Shown: positions 10,401 through 25,155, counted from the stretch's first letter. The stretch is DNA of 64,000 bases from Paraphysomonas bandaiensis (GCA_965644295.1 CBFFRP010000186.1:62001-126000); one strand, 5' to 3'. Numbers and translations: made by a program. Notes: generated from the sequence alone by a model not told the origin.

Positions 10401-13400
10401 GGGGTTATTAACGCTCAGTACACGTGCACCCATAACCTCGAGGCTGATGGGCCCTGACTGAACGAGGACGTCAACCCGGTCGACAGTAGTGTAGTTATTG
10501 ACCACATACATAGTCATATTGTATGTGACATCGGCATTGTTGCGAGGGACGAAGACAATAGGCCCGAAAGTGCCGCTAGTATGAGGGGGCAGCACGACAG
10601 GTGCACTCATTGTTCCATCCGCCAGAAATCTACTGAAGGCATGGTGTCCAGCGGGAAAGCTCCTGAGTACATGAGTGGAAACCATGGCTCCTCGGACAAC
10701 ATCCATCACTTTTGCTTGTACACCACTAACTGCGGAAGTTGTCGGTTTAGTTACATCTCTGTCCGCAGCTGCAGAGCCATTATTACCCAAGATTGTGTCC
10801 AGGTTGAAGGTCTTTTCTTTGCGAGGCATGAACGGTGGCACTCTACTCGTTGGAGCTATCGCCTCCATCTTGGCCAGTCTTCCCCTAACTTCGACAGATT
10901 CTTCAGGTGCAAAGGCACTCCTGTCAAACGACGCTGCTGGCAGACTCTCATCAGAGAGTTTAAATTCTAATGGGATGTCAAAAGGATTATGCAGACTGAG
11001 GTATACCAGCATCGCATGGCCATGTTCCACCGGAGGGAGCACGAATGAGTGAAAGTTCGATGACTGCCAGAGAGGCATCTGAAGAGTCAACCCTTCTACG
11101 GACAACGGAACACGTGCTAGAGATGTACGGAAAATAACATCAAAAGTAGGTAGCGTCATTCCATTTGGAAAAAGCATATTCCATTTTTCTTTGATATCCA
11201 CGGTCTGTCGGTAGACTGTGTCGAGTGAGTGGACCATCATCATACTATCAACTGATCTCAAAAGATCCTGTAAGTGCCGCGCTCTGACCAATATATCTTG
11301 CCCTACACTCACATTTTCCACCAGCCATTCGTCCAGAAACACAGTCAAACAGGACCACATATTTAAAACCTTCAGCCTTCCAAACGGCTTCAGGCATTGC
11401 AAATAGGGTGAAACAAGGTGAGCTGTAAGAAAACCTTGGGCGGGCAGTTCTGACGAATCTGCGTTCATTCCAATTGTTAAGGGGTCACTCTCATGAAACA
11501 AAGCCGGTATAAGAGGGGCCGACGAATGAATACTATCGATATTTACTGTGTCTTTAAAAGTGGAGAAAGTGTATACGTTTACGCTTGTTCTGAGTCCCAT
11601 CATCATCTTGAGCTGGTCATGCTGGAATGAGTTCTTAAGCCGGCCAGTGAGTCCGTTAAAATGGTAGTAAAACACTTTGTGTTGATAAGGGGTTTCAAAC
11701 CTCAGCTCAGCGGTTCCTGTCTCCTCTGGCAAAGACTGAAACTGAACCCACACACGCACGGAGTGTTCAGCTTTGAGTAGAAAAGAATACTTGGAAGTTC
11801 TGAGTGTGGCGGATGTGTTTCCAGGTATGTCTTCACATTCCTGGTGCTCTTCCTGAGAAATAGGGTGCAAATAGCGACTACTGACTGTAATTTCTCCGGG
11901 AGAGTCATCACCATATGGTACCGGCTGTCTAGTGCCCTCTGTTGAATTGAAAGGAAAGGCACGAGCCCAGCACACTGTCACGTCGTGCGAGCACTTCTTG
12001 ATCGATACTGGCACTCTGATCGGGTTCGGGTTGGTCAATAAAATCTCTGTGGGTCTCGGAAGCCTAGATGAGATGCCACCCAGCTTTACACTATAAATAT
12101 CTACATTGGTACCGTTCTTAGACTTCTTCTTGCCGGTGGACTTGGTGACATTAGACCTGAGTTCTAACTCCTCATTCAGGGCAGTAGCAACAAGACCACC
12201 GTCAATCACCACCAGCGGTAGCCTTACAGTGCTGAGATTAGTCTGCACATCCAACCAGCACTGATACGGGAGAGATCCAGGGGATTTGAAAACTTCCTGA
12301 GCGACGTGTCGATTGAATTGAACCCTCACGGGATCAAACTTTTCAAGTGGAGCTCTGGACATGTTGGTGTTCGAGATGGGATGCACAAACATGACATCTG
12401 GGCAAGAGTTCGAAGAAACATGGTGAATATGTACGGCCTGACTGAAGTAGTTTGTAAACACCAGATCGCGAAGGTCGCCCAATTCATCTTTCTGCCTCTG
12501 GCTGCGCGAGGTGAACTTCATATCGACGCCAAAGCCACCCCCTTTCGTGCCGAGATTGGATACATTCCGAACTGGAAGAGTAAAGAGTGTGTCATTGAGT
12601 TCATAGCCAATACCACCATAAACAGAAGACGCCTCATACGGAACCTCCAGGGTGGCCAGAGCAGGATTTGAGTGATTAGTCACCACAAGCAGCTTGTTGG
12701 AGACTCTTCCAGATATCATTCGAGACGGGTGATACGTGACTCTTGCTACAGTACTCTCTGTGCCGTTGGCAATGATTCTCTTTTCGGCAAAAATATTAAC
12801 TTTGATATAAGGATCCGGGGAGACTGGCACCACTTCCACTACCTCTACTGCGCGTGACCCACTATTGAGCAGCGTTAGCTCCAGAGTGACAGGCTCTGAA
12901 GATGATGTAAATGCCCCAAAGTCTAGTGTTTCGGGGGAGGCATGCAAGCCACCCTCTAGGACAGTAAGTTCCGCAGGTATAACGATATTGTCCTTGTTGG
13001 TTTTGATGTGCACATATCCAGAGTAGAACCCAGGTGCCGAGGCCCCCATCGACAGGTGAATTATGCTGCGCTCCGCACCTGGTTCCAACTCCCATGCATT
13101 ACTGCCCTCTACATAGAACATAGAACATCAATAAATTAATAATCGCAAGAAAAAACACACCTCCTGACCACTCCTCCGAAGATGGAGTTGCTCCCTGTAG
13201 GCTTAAAAACTCTTCTGTCGTGAATATGTCTCGCACATGTAAGACCTCATCATGAGGATTGTGAATGGTGATGGGGTGCTGAAATGGCACCCCGGAGGCC
13301 ACTCTGAATCCTATGAAGGGCCGTAGCCTGTAAGAGTTGTACGCCGCTGCTCCAACTACTTTATAGGTGAACTCGCCAATAGATGTGCTTATCCGCAGAG

Positions 13401-14013
13401 TTGCCCCCGTGGGTTGTGTATAGAAAGGCAAAAAGAGAATGCGGATAAGAATAGAGTCGTTTGGTGGAAGAGTCTGCGGCTGGAACAACACCGGGTAGAA
13501 CTGAGGGTTGTCGGCCTCAATGGAAACAAGCTCGATGTCCTCGTCAAGAGTGCTGGTTATGGTGAAGGTGGATACAGTGGGAATGCACACGGGGCTACTT
13601 CCATACTCTAGTATATGTGGGTGGAACTGGAGGCTCTCTGACTGCTGCTGATGAGGACGAAGGCTATCAGATGTCTCATCGGAGTCAGTCCGTCGCTCTC
13701 TCTGCATATGTCTCTCCACATATGAGTGTGAAGAGGGTTCCTGTGAGTCTATATACGATAATGTTGTATCTGGTGATGATGAGTGTGAATGTGTTCTAGA
13801 GGAGGATGGAGCGGAGGAGGAGAGTGAGGAGGATGGAGCGGGGAAAGGGTCATCTGGAGGGGGGGGCTGATAGGCTTCATATCCCTCTTGATCTCTATCT
13901 ATATCTTGTATGATAGGAGCACCGGGATAATGGTTGCAGTGTATGGTGGGTCGTGTGAGGGAGTATATACGAAACAACACCACGAAGAGCACTTTAATAT
14001 TAACAGACATCAT
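7491..14013 (-). CDS. TMEM131: TMEM131-like membrane protein, ~2156 aa, 2 exons (intron 13109-13160)
   Basis: Hydrophobic N-terminus; LQFHP..L.YG..PVC.P...F / PFIG.RV..G....I.IHNP...L.V..IFT motifs typical of the TMEM131 N-domain; PapD/Ig-like repeats, TM segment (AIAILLLCGLSIQVY) and a long Ser/Lys-rich tail. A GT..AG intron joins the two ORFs in frame. Confidence 0.85.
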
Positions 14014-14555
14014 CTTCAGCTGTACAGATCAGATCAGATCAGATCAGAGCAGATCAGAGCAGAGCAGAGGAGTGATGTGATATGATTTGATTTGATTGCA
14101 CTGTACTGTACTGTGCTAAACTATAGTGTAAAGTACATCAATCATATGAGTGTGTGTGTGTTAAGTTAGTTGAGACACTCCAGAGAGACATACAGACATA
14201 CATACATACATACATACGAGACCAGACGAACTAACCACTTATACTACTGTACTGCTATACTGTACTGCTGTACTGTTCTATATGTACAACACTGTGTATG
14301 TACTGCAGAGACATTTACAGACATACGATACCATCCCATCAAACTGTGTACTACTGTACACCTCTCCCTCTGCTGCTGCACATGTAGAGATGTACCTGTA
14401 GACATGCAGTAGAGTACATCAGTACACTACCATCATTCCTATTGGACATATTCCGCATTCGCATTCGGAACTGAACAGAGTATACAGCACAGTATACAGC
14501 CGTATACTCTTCCATCACTCCACAGTATAGTATGGTACGTATAGACTGGGGGTGG

Positions 14556-14688
14556 TTGTGCATATCGATTTCATTGTTCATCGTTTATTTCATCGAAAAA
14601 TCATCTTTTTTTCAGTGAAAAGTGACTTTTTAATGAAAAACGATGATTTTTCGATGAAATAACAAATCGATGAAATCGATATGCACAA
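14556..14688. repeat. 133-bp imperfect palindrome in a divergent promoter region
   Basis: TTGTGCATATCGATTTCAT...TTTCATCGAAAAATCATC / GATGATTTTTCGATGAAA...ATGAAATCGATATGCACAA. Confidence 0.85.
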
Positions 14689-14883
14689 GTACAGCAGTAG
14701 TATACTGAACTTCACGTAGATGTCAGTCTGTATGTCTCTGTATATGTCTGTATATGTCTGTATGTGTGTGTATATGTGTATGTATGTGTATATGCGTAGA
14801 GGTGTCCCGGGTGTGTATGTATGTAGAGGGAGTCAGTTGAGGGTTCATCATATCGCTGAATGAGACCCAAATTCTGTTAAAGA

Positions 14884-17800
14884 ATGGATGAGCCAAGGTC
14901 GGAGGAGGATCAGAATGCTCGTCGACTGAGGAAGGCGCTGCGTCTGTCTAGTAAACTGCAGTCTAAGGTGTGCTTCGAGCAGGAGGTCAGTGCAGCTCCC
15001 ACACACACATACACACACAGAGATACATACACACATCTACACACACACACAGAGAGATACACACAGAGATACACACACATACAGAGATACACACACACAG
15101 ATATGAGCATTCCCTGTAAGCATACTCTGTATATAGACACTGCGGACGTACCCCATACACACTATGAACATACATACCCTAGTAACACACCGTATCTATA
15201 GAGACCCCCTCATATGGTCATATATCTGTGAGAAAGACATCCACTTATTTGGTTTACAGGTGAGCAGAGAGCTCGCAAGGAGGAACGAACAGTTAAAAAA
15301 AGAGAGAAGCGCTGATGCAGACAGACATAGAGCCCTGCTACAGGCCCTTGAGGAGGTGTGCACACACTGCAGAGAGCTAATGGAGAGTCATGGTACTATC
15401 TGCCTGCCCCATCTGTCGTTTATATGCCCATTTATGACTATAACAATGTTGATGTAGACTGTGGTTGTTACAACCGTGAACTATGGTGTCATGTCTATGG
15501 TGATTTAGACTGTTATTAGAAATATGCTCTATGGTGTTTGTGCTTGTTGCGATATAGACATGTGATTACAACTATAGACTTGTGATTATTACGACAATGA
15601 CTGTGATTATAGCTAAAGCACGAATATTCCTTGGATATGACTAAGAATATTTTGTATGGCTGCAACTATTACAATGACATTGCTTGCACCACTATTGGTA
15701 ATGAGCTCATTTGCAGAGGTATTGATGGCTCGTGGAGTGCCTTCTCAAGAGAGCGAAGCTTTCACTCGCCTGCGCTCGTCTCTGGATCAGAGAGCTCTCT
15801 CTCTACAGGCTATCAGGGAGAAAGTAGGTTTAGATAAGTACCAGCAACAGCTCGATAGTCGAGGCATATACTCTCTTGTGAGTGGGTCACAACTACTTCG
15901 TAGAGAAGCTGTGGCAGCTGTTTCTCCCCAGTCTGATTCTCCGGTGACAAACGCGGAACGATTACATCCACAGTCCCGATCCGTTTCTCTCAAGAACCTG
16001 CCTTCTCTACGTCACTCGGTGTCATCACAGTCACCAACACATCAGCCATTACTCTCCATACATAGCGACTCAGCTTTATTGACTTCTGCTGCGGCTGATG
16101 TTATGGCTTTGGAGGCCTCGTCCTCGCCGTCAGTACTATCTGCCGAAAGTTTATCTCCTGACAACCCAACTCCTGCCCCTTGTCTAAACTCGTCCATGAG
16201 TGTACCCCTTTTTGAACACTTTCTTGTCATCGGAGTTTCAGTAGAGGTACATACTTTCTTGCATTGTAGTGTTTATGTTATTTACGATTTAGTATTGTCG
16301 TCGGTGGGTGGGGTGAATGTATAGGTGCTTGTATTTGTCTGTGGTGGTTGTGTTCTTGCAGTCATGGTGTGTCCACACTTGCATGGTTTTTGTTTTCATT
16401 CAATCTGTGGTCTGTGGACTCCGTCCTTTCTTATATCGTGTGCGATTTGCAGACTGCATTGGATGTATCGCATCAGCTCCGCCAGAAGCAATCTAAGGTG
16501 TCGGACCGTATCATGACTCGAATCGGGTCGTTTTTTGCAGGGCGTAGCAACTCTATGCCTCAGGACTTACCCCAAGGATCTACTGACGCTAGAGTGGCGA
16601 GGCAGAGGTCTACGAGTATATTAGGGCGCATGATGACAAGGGAGGCGGACTCAGGGACACCAGGTGAACACATTATTTGTTAGACTATAACGTTGACCCT
16701 GTATTGTGATTCTGTAGTGGAGACAGAAACTTCGAGGGATAAACAGCCCCCATCTTCTAGTCAAAGACGACAGAGCGCTAGGTGAACTTGCATGATCCCT
16801 TTTTACTTCAACGCCTCTAACAGTAGACCGTAGTTGGAATATGTTTTCTCGAATGCGTTCAACTGCATCTCCCGACCAAGAAGACGCGTCACCCTTGAAT
16901 CACACAGACACTCCAGATTCTGGAACGTCGATCACGAACGATATTGATCTGGACGACAGAAGCTGCAGCAGTAAAAGCGATGAGGTAAGTCATGTGCCTT
17001 ACCTACCTGCGTTGTTTTGAATAGTTCTATAGGTCAACAACTTATCCGTGAATCCTTATTCTTCACCTACCAATCCTCTCTCGTGTATACCGGACAACCT
17101 CAGCCACACCCATGGTCAAAGTTCCGACCAACAGGCGGTTTTCACTTCCGACCCGGAGATACTCTATCGTTTTCCGCAGGATGCGGATCCCCCCCCCTCC
17201 CAAATATGTGGATTTTGCCTCCCATCAGGGGCCAAGCTCAGATATATGGACCCGAGCGAGTCTGATAATGATATAGTGGAAATTTTGTATGGAGAGAATC
17301 ACGATGAACGGTCATCGAGGTGAGAGTTATCCTTTGTTAGCATTAGTCGTACTGAAGTCCTTATGGTACAGGTGCTTTATATTTATACTCGAGGACAAGA
17401 CGATGGATCTCTCCAAAGCTCACCCTGATGACGAGTCCGGGGTAGATACAGGGAGGACATACGGCATATGTGTCGTTCACCCTAGATGGTTAGATCCATC
17501 CAAGGGAGAGAGCCACGTCAATAGAGCTAACAGAGGGATCATAAACCATGACGGTAGTGCCGGACGAAACATAGAATTTGAGGCCTCGGTCTGCTACTGT
17601 TTCATTACCCGGTTCCCGTTATTCGATTTCTTTTTCAAGGTAGGGGATACTTTTGAGGTGGTAGGTCGTGACAACTATGTGCGAGATATGTCTTGAGATT
17701 GTGGTGTTGAGTTTTAGTTCTTGCTTCAAGCATATTTATAACTTCTGTGGCTCCCTATTTAGGTGTTATGGAATATCATATCATACGAGAGAATCGTGCG

Positions 17801-19240
17801 AATGGAGCATGTTTCAGATCTAACTAACGACAGGGCAGCGTACGAGTATTGTCCCACGAGTGTGTACGATGCTGTGCTGGAGAAGCTAACCGCTATCAAC
17901 CCTCCTAGATATAACGAAACATTGGAGTTCTCGGTGGGTATCGAATGTGTGACAGCTTGTTCTATGTGTTATTGATGTGTATATTTTCAGATTGCTCCAA
18001 CTGTCTCTACAGTGACCTACATACGGTCTGCCCCGTCCACAGACAACCCTGAGCACGTGGTGAATGCAGTTGAATGGGCACTTCCTCCTCTGGTACACTG
18101 GCTAAGCCCCAAGATAATAGCTTGGGCACTGGGTCTACTCATGTGTGAGGTATATGTGTGTTGTGTGTGAAGTGTGTAAGTGTAATGCTTGCGACTAGGT
18201 GAAGCTAGTGATCATCGGAGCCGATCCTGCGATTGTGTCATGTGCCGTAATAGGCTTAACTTCCCTCCTCAAACCTCTACAATGGCTTAATCCTGTTATT
18301 CCAAGTGTTCCATTAGAGTATACAGAGTTTCTTCAATCGGTGCCGCCCATCGTGGCTGGAATTGTACAGGACAGAGAGTGTGGAGAAGACAGAATGTCAG
18401 CTTTAGACATTCTACAATACGTTGGGGACTACGAGGTTGTGAGTGCTATCTTAGACCTCTGCGACAAAGATATATATGTGCTCAGTCGCCACACAGACAA
18501 ATTGCCGAGTCTGATGTTCCCAGGTGCACCAGAAGTCATTGACACGATGGAATCTCTGGTTAGCTCCGGAATGGAATTGTCTAAAAGCCAAGATAATCAT
18601 GTTATCACACCTAATCGACGAGTGAACTTTGCAGTCAGCTCCCACCACGTGCAAGTGAGCCGAGAGGTACAGAAATGCATAAGCCAACATATCAAGAACA
18701 TAGCGGACGAAGCAAAGACGGTCGCAGGTGAAGTTATAATGGAGAAAATGTCGGCTGTAGAAAAGCGCAATCGTACCATTATCGAGCGAATAGAGAGACT
18801 CAGAACAACTGCTTCGAGTTCCCTGACCTTCGACTTAGGTGATATGTACTTATGCAGTGAAAATGTTTGTAATCATTGCTTTGAAGATTCCCACCATGAA
18901 GAAGGGTCGGCTTTAGATGACGGTTCTCATATTGAACTAGAGAGTGCCTCCAATGTCACGGCAGATACCGATGGTGTAATTCATCGGGACTCCTTGGGGT
19001 CGTCTTCTTCGCTTCCTCTTCCGGGGGTTGGGATTGAGAGCATGGTCTCTCTGCAACAATTCCCGATAGAGAGCTCAACGGTCAACAAAATGAGATTCCT
19101 GAGGAGATTTGTGGGCACACAGGTAAAGTGACATCGTGATTATGCAGTTCTTACGAAATTCTTATTGTGCACGATATCAGATGTTCTCGGAGTACGACAA
19201 AGAGATAGTAAACATAATGAGAGACGTGGAGCTCCCATAA
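14884..19240 (+). CDS. DENN-domain protein (putative Rab GEF), paralogue A, multi-exon
   Basis: uDENN/cDENN motifs across exons: LFEHFLVIGV, PEILYRFP, FCLPSG, FIFIL, YGICV, CYCFITRFPLFDFFF, L.PLQW..PVIP.VP, and a final LRRFVGTQ|MFSEY; GT-AG introns link the ORF fragments. Confidence 0.85.
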
Positions 19241-20185
19241 TGGTGTAGAATCTGTACAGCTGTAGCATTAGAGAGCCTGGAATCGTTGTGTAACATATAG
19301 CGTAGCAGTTGCTGTCAACTTAGACTGTACACTCAACTATAGTATAGAATAGTGAGGTTCATATTGTTGATTGCTGTAATTAATTTCGACATCCTCCCGC
19401 CACTCGTAATATGAAATATTCGATCGCCTCACTGGCTGATGAGTGCGAAGCATGAAGATAATGCCACCATGCGCTGAATTATTCTGAAACTAAAACAATG
19501 AATATCTGTCTGTCTTACCACCAGTGCGTACCACATCATATCATCATATAACCTGCCCTATACAGCAGAAACTAATAGAACTTGATTTTAACAGCATTGA
19601 GGTCATATAGTATTCATTCATTCTACATTATTCTAATATAATATTGAAAAGTAAAAGCTGAAGATTAACGGCATCGCCACATTGACATATCAAACTAAAA
19701 GTTATTTTGTATGATACGTCAATGTGTGTCATATTCGAAATCATGTGCCACAAAAAATAGGGGGCTATGCTAAAAACGCAAGATGAATTCCTCCTTCCTA
19801 TTCCTACCATTTTTATTGCATCCTTCAGTACGCTAATTATAATTAAGTGAGAAACATGCCAAGTTGGTGCATGCAAATTTAACAAGAAACAGTAATTAAT
19901 GAAACTACTTACCGCACATGAATTGATAAAATATTTTCAGAAATACAACCAAACCGTATATCATGAGAGGTCATATCGTTGACAACGTATTTCAAATAAT
20001 CCTACATGTGGAGCATCAAAGCATAACAACTACGACCAATACTAGGTATAGACTAGCTCTTAAAGTTGTACAATCAACACTCACTCATTCACTCGAGTAA
20101 CATCGTTCTTGCAGTTTGCTGGAGTCCTCAGATATGGTGTTTTATATATAATAGCACACACTATTTCACATCAATGGGTACTACA

Positions 20186-23100
20186 TCAAGATTTATTCAA
20201 TGCGTCTCCATTGTCGCCACTGCTTGATCTTCTTTCTCTCGTAACAAGGGAAAAAGATGATGTGGCAGATGATGAGCATCGTTTACGGGAATGTATGTCG
20301 TGCGAGCAATGTGCATGATCAGCGGGAGTCAGATAGAGGGAACGCGATCGGGCCTTTTTGCCTCCATTACTTTGAGATATTATAGCTGGACCAGAATGGG
20401 AGCCAACACTAGTGCGGGAAGCAGACTGCGTTCGAGAGATAAGGTCGTCTTGGTCGTGACCAACAACATCCTCCATGTCATGCATGATACCCATGATCTC
20501 CTGGTCATAAGCGGAGTACATCTACGCCAATTTCGATTATATGAAATAGTGCAGCAGAACAGAAACTCAAATTCTCACCTGAGTAGATACAAATCGCCTC
20601 AAAAAGAGTGACTGATCCTCACCGCTCGTGTCTATGTGGTAGTTTTTAAGAGAAACTATGGGTATCTCGAGTCCTCCACCAATCACAGTACTACCATGGC
20701 TGTCTGCCGACAGCATAGAGACAGCCGACTCGTTACGAGTGACTGGACAGTTATCAACACCGTCTACACTGCGCACGGAGCTTGATGATACCCGTCGCAG
20801 AGGTGACATACTACTACTGATGGAATTTTGGGCCTCAGTAGCTGATAGCGATTCCGAATCAGCAGATTCGGCATGAAGAGCATCGTGGTGCTCCTCTTCC
20901 ACGCTCTCAAGAACTGTAGAAGCTATGGATTCCAGCGCTGCGACGCACGGTTATAAGACGCAGATATAATCACAAAAAACATAGGGTCAGTCATGTTGTC
21001 TCCGTAGTCATTACTCACCAGGTGGAGTTGGGTTGCTTCCTGTTCTCATTCTGTTGTCAATACGTTGAAGGCTGGCTTTAACCCTCATTTCAACCGCCAT
21101 CATCTGATCTCGAAGCACCTCAGCTGCGACAGTCTTGGCTTCATCGGCTAGCCCTCTGATATGTTTTCCCACGCACTCTTGCACAGCACGACTCATCTGC
21201 ATGTGCTGGGAATTAACAGTAAAATTCGGCTTGTTGTCCCGCCGTACAGTCCCCAACGACTCATCATCGAAACTACTACATGAACGAGAAGGTTGCTGCT
21301 TTGTGAGTATATTCTGCACACTCTCAATTAACTCTTCTGCACCCGGGAACATCATCTCAGGAAGCACCTGTATAAAACATTAGATGATAGAGTTATAACA
21401 ACGAAAGTTGTCAAAAAGAGTGAAATGAAATGATCCAATAGCACCATGACTCTTTAGTATTACCTCGGAGTGACTACGCAAGACATATACGTCTTTCACA
21501 GATAGATCTAAGACTGCGGTCACACTCTCTCCGTCTTCGCATAGCCTCAGGATACTAAGCGGTGTGATAGCGTCGCTGTTCAAACACTGCGGTGCCACAG
21601 AGTCTCCATCAACAACCATTCCTACTTTTATTAGGAAACAATAAAAACTAGATACTATGAGTACCTGCAATAATTGGCACAGGAGCTTCCAGAAAATCGA
21701 TGTTCTTGAGGGGCATTATTGGAATCATTGGAGATACCCATTGTAGAGGTTTGAGGAGGGAAGTTAAGCCTATTACGGCACATGATACGGTAGCGGGATC
21801 GGCTCCGATGATCACTAGCTTCACCTAGTCGCAAGCATTACACTTACACACTTCACACACAACACACATATACCTCACACATGAGTAGACCCAGTGCCCA
21901 AGCTATTATCTTGGGGCTTAGCCAGTGTACCAGAGGAGGAAGTGCCCATTCTGCTGCATTCACCACGTGCTCAGGGTTGCCTCCGGACGGGGCAGACCGT
22001 ATGTAGGTCACTGTAGAGACGGCAGGCGATATCTACAACGGGGTTACACGCAATGGTTACGCCACGCAGTGGAGCACTTACAGAAAACTCTATCGCCTTG
22101 TTGTAACGAGGAGGCTCTACAGTCGTTAGCTTTTGTAATACTTTGTTATAGACCTCTTCAGGAATATATTCATAAGCAGTGCGGTCGATTAGATCCGTGT
22201 TCTCGGTGATCCTCTCCATTCGAACAATACGCTCATACGTGATGATATTAAAAATAACCTGCCATTACATTCACATCATACAGTGACACAAATAGAACTG
22301 TCAGTACCTTAAAAAAGAAATCGAATAAAGGAAATCGCGTTATAAAGCAGTAGCAGACTGAGGCCTCAAATTCAATATTCTGTCGGGGAGTTCCATCTGG
22401 ATTCACGTCTCCAGATGCTGCGCTGATGTGTCGATGATCCTTGTCCACTATACTCGGGTTTAAAAGTCTGAAACATCTTAGATATAGATCTAAATCAGTG
22501 AGTTGTGCACACACCTCGGGTGAACCACACAAATGCCATATGTCCTTCCCGTGTCTACCCCCGCTTCGTCGTTAGGATTTACTTTGGAGAGATCCATCGT
22601 CTTGTCTTCAAGAATAAAAATAAAACACCTGTACCATATTGACTTGAGCTTGCGTGTACATACATATCGGTAGAATGCAACCTGGACGACCTCTGGCTCT
22701 GTCCTTGTCCGTACAGTATTTCCATGATACTGGTCTCAGAATCTGCCGGTTGTAGGTGCCGCAATTTCCCTCCCGATGGCATGCAGAAGTCACACACCTC
22801 GGGAGGAGGAGGATCTGCATCCGGCGGGTATCTGTAAAGTATTTCGGGGGATGTGTACGTACAATGCTCATTTTTGGAACCGCTGCCAACAGGTGGTGCA
22901 CAACCACCTCTCGTGGAATCACTGTCAAGTACAACTGACGGCAGCTTCCCGCCGCCGGAAACAGAGTCACAAGAAGGTTCAGTGACAGAGCCTTCCATCT
23001 GTACATACAATAGGTTTAAATAAAGTACAACTTTTATAATGTAGCACTACATGTTTGCTCTCGTGGTAAGAGAAATCACTCTCTCTGCTGGTCATACGAG

Positions 23101-24639
23101 ACAAGAACCCTGTGCCCCATCTAGACCTCCCCTTCTCTGGATTACTGGTGCCACCCTGGCTGTCAGAACTCATCACCATGCTGAACATGCTTGAGGATGA
23201 AGCAGGCCCGGAAAGTGTAGCTCTCGATGTCAACTCGGTACCAGAGTTAGAGATTGTGGCCGAGTTATTACGAGACGAGAAGAAAGTTCCGATACGAGTC
23301 ATGATACGCTCCGAAACTTTGGCTTGTTTCTGACGGAGCTGATTCGATACATCTAGTGCAGTCTGCAAACCTCATTAAAACCAAACAAGAATAAAGTTCT
23401 CTGACTGAAAGATTGAATGAAATCGAGAGCTGCTGCGCAAGCATGCATGCAAAATGACACACTATACTGCCGCTCCACATAAAACAAATGTAAACACTTA
23501 TACATACATCTCGCCCACCAACGACAATGATATCATACGTAAATTATATATACATTACTATACAAGACACAGTGATATCATAAAGTATGTACCTCTACAG
23601 GCACTCCGATGACAAGAAAATGTTCGAAAAGGGGTACATTCACGCACGAGGTTTGACAGGTGGAAAGAGTTGGGCTGTCAGGAGGTAAACTTTCAGTAGG
23701 TAGCACTGATGGCGAGGATGACGCCTCCAAAACCATAACATCAGCTGCTGCTGCTGCCAGTGACGTTTGCTGCTTTGGGTTGGACGTAAAAGGGTTCAAA
23801 GATAGCCGCCTCTTTGGCGGTGCGCTGGGTGTAGAATTATGGGAAGTGGCATCAGGATCGACAGTCACAGGAGTGCTCAGACCTCTCATAAGTTTTCCAG
23901 CGATGCTTCTACTATTACTGGATCCCCCATCTTCAGAAGGCGCAGTGCTAGTGGAGAAATCCAGATTACTTTCCCCACCACCTCTCATCGTTGTCTCGGT
24001 GCTGCTTTTTCGAAGTAGCAGAGACCCGCTCATTAGACTGAATCCTGTTTCCGATTGCCTGCTACTTCCCCGGTTCCTACCCTTATCTATCCCTGCCCGG
24101 CTCCGAATAGAGCGAATAAAAGACGTTTTCTCGTCACATTCAGCCAGCAATTCATTGTGTCGCACAGACCCCTATCATACCTGTCAGATACACAGACAAT
24201 GCCGATAGTATCCGCTGTACTCATACCTGAATAGGAATATCTCCATTGAGAAGAGTCTCTACACAAACATCACATTATTACAGTCTACTAACACACTCAC
24301 ATACACACCATGATTGTCTAGAAGATCTTTAAACTCATAGAAGAGCTCTTCAAAGGCTGCTGCGAGTGTGCGATATCTCTCGATCTCTTCTTGATTCTCA
24401 TTACTGAGCTGCTCATTCCTTCGAGCTAACTCTTTGCTGACCTGATCAACAGATGATTCGTTATCACACCAGCAGCAGCAGCAGCAGCAGCAGTATCATA
24501 GTCAGTATGTGTGTGTGTGGAGGGGGAAACCAGGACTCACCTCATGCTCAAAATAAACCTTCTCTTGTAATTTATTCGACAAACGAGAGGCTCTCTTTAG
24601 CTTCTGATGAACATCTCCACCACCAGTTCCACTCTCCAT
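20186..24639 (-). CDS. DENN-domain protein, paralogue B, multi-exon, convergent with A
   Basis: Same motifs (LFEHFLVIGV, PEILYRYP, FCMPSG, CYCFITRFPLFDFFF, LRRFVSTQ|MYSAY); first exon MESGTGGGDVHQKLKRASRLSNKLQEKVYFEHE is homologous to the first exon of A. Confidence 0.85.
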
Positions 24640-25155
24640 ATCAGCACTGTCACTATATCTTTATGTTAAGACCATAGAGGCGATGAACAGTCAAGTTTAA
24701 CACAACACTCCTAGAAAACCCCTCAGAAAAAACTCCTCCATTCATTATAAATTATGGGTTTATATAAAAATTAGGGGTTTTTAGAGAAATATATAGAGGA
24801 AGTCATCGCCAAATGCCATCCTGCAGCTGCTCTATACGGAGATTATATCAGCCAACTGTCATTACATAAAAATAGTGGATTTTATTAAAAAAATACCTAT
24901 TTTTTGCATGAAAAAAGTCCCAATATCAGACTATCTAATAAAGATTAATATCAAATCATTTTTAATTGAAGGACTATGATTGGTGGTTGAGCCCAATAGA
25001 TGTGACCGTTGAGAAGTTATGTGTATATATGCAGTTGGAGAGTGTGTATATATATGCATGTATGCATGTGTGTGTGTTGCAGTGCAATCCATATGCAACT
25101 ATAGAGTTAACCTCTCAGTAAACAAGCCTCAATCGATTCAATCAAATACAACAAC

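Noticed and set aside
7460-13800. Numerous short ORFs overlapping TMEM131-like and other long genes
   Set aside because: Antisense or off-frame shadows of long coding exons.
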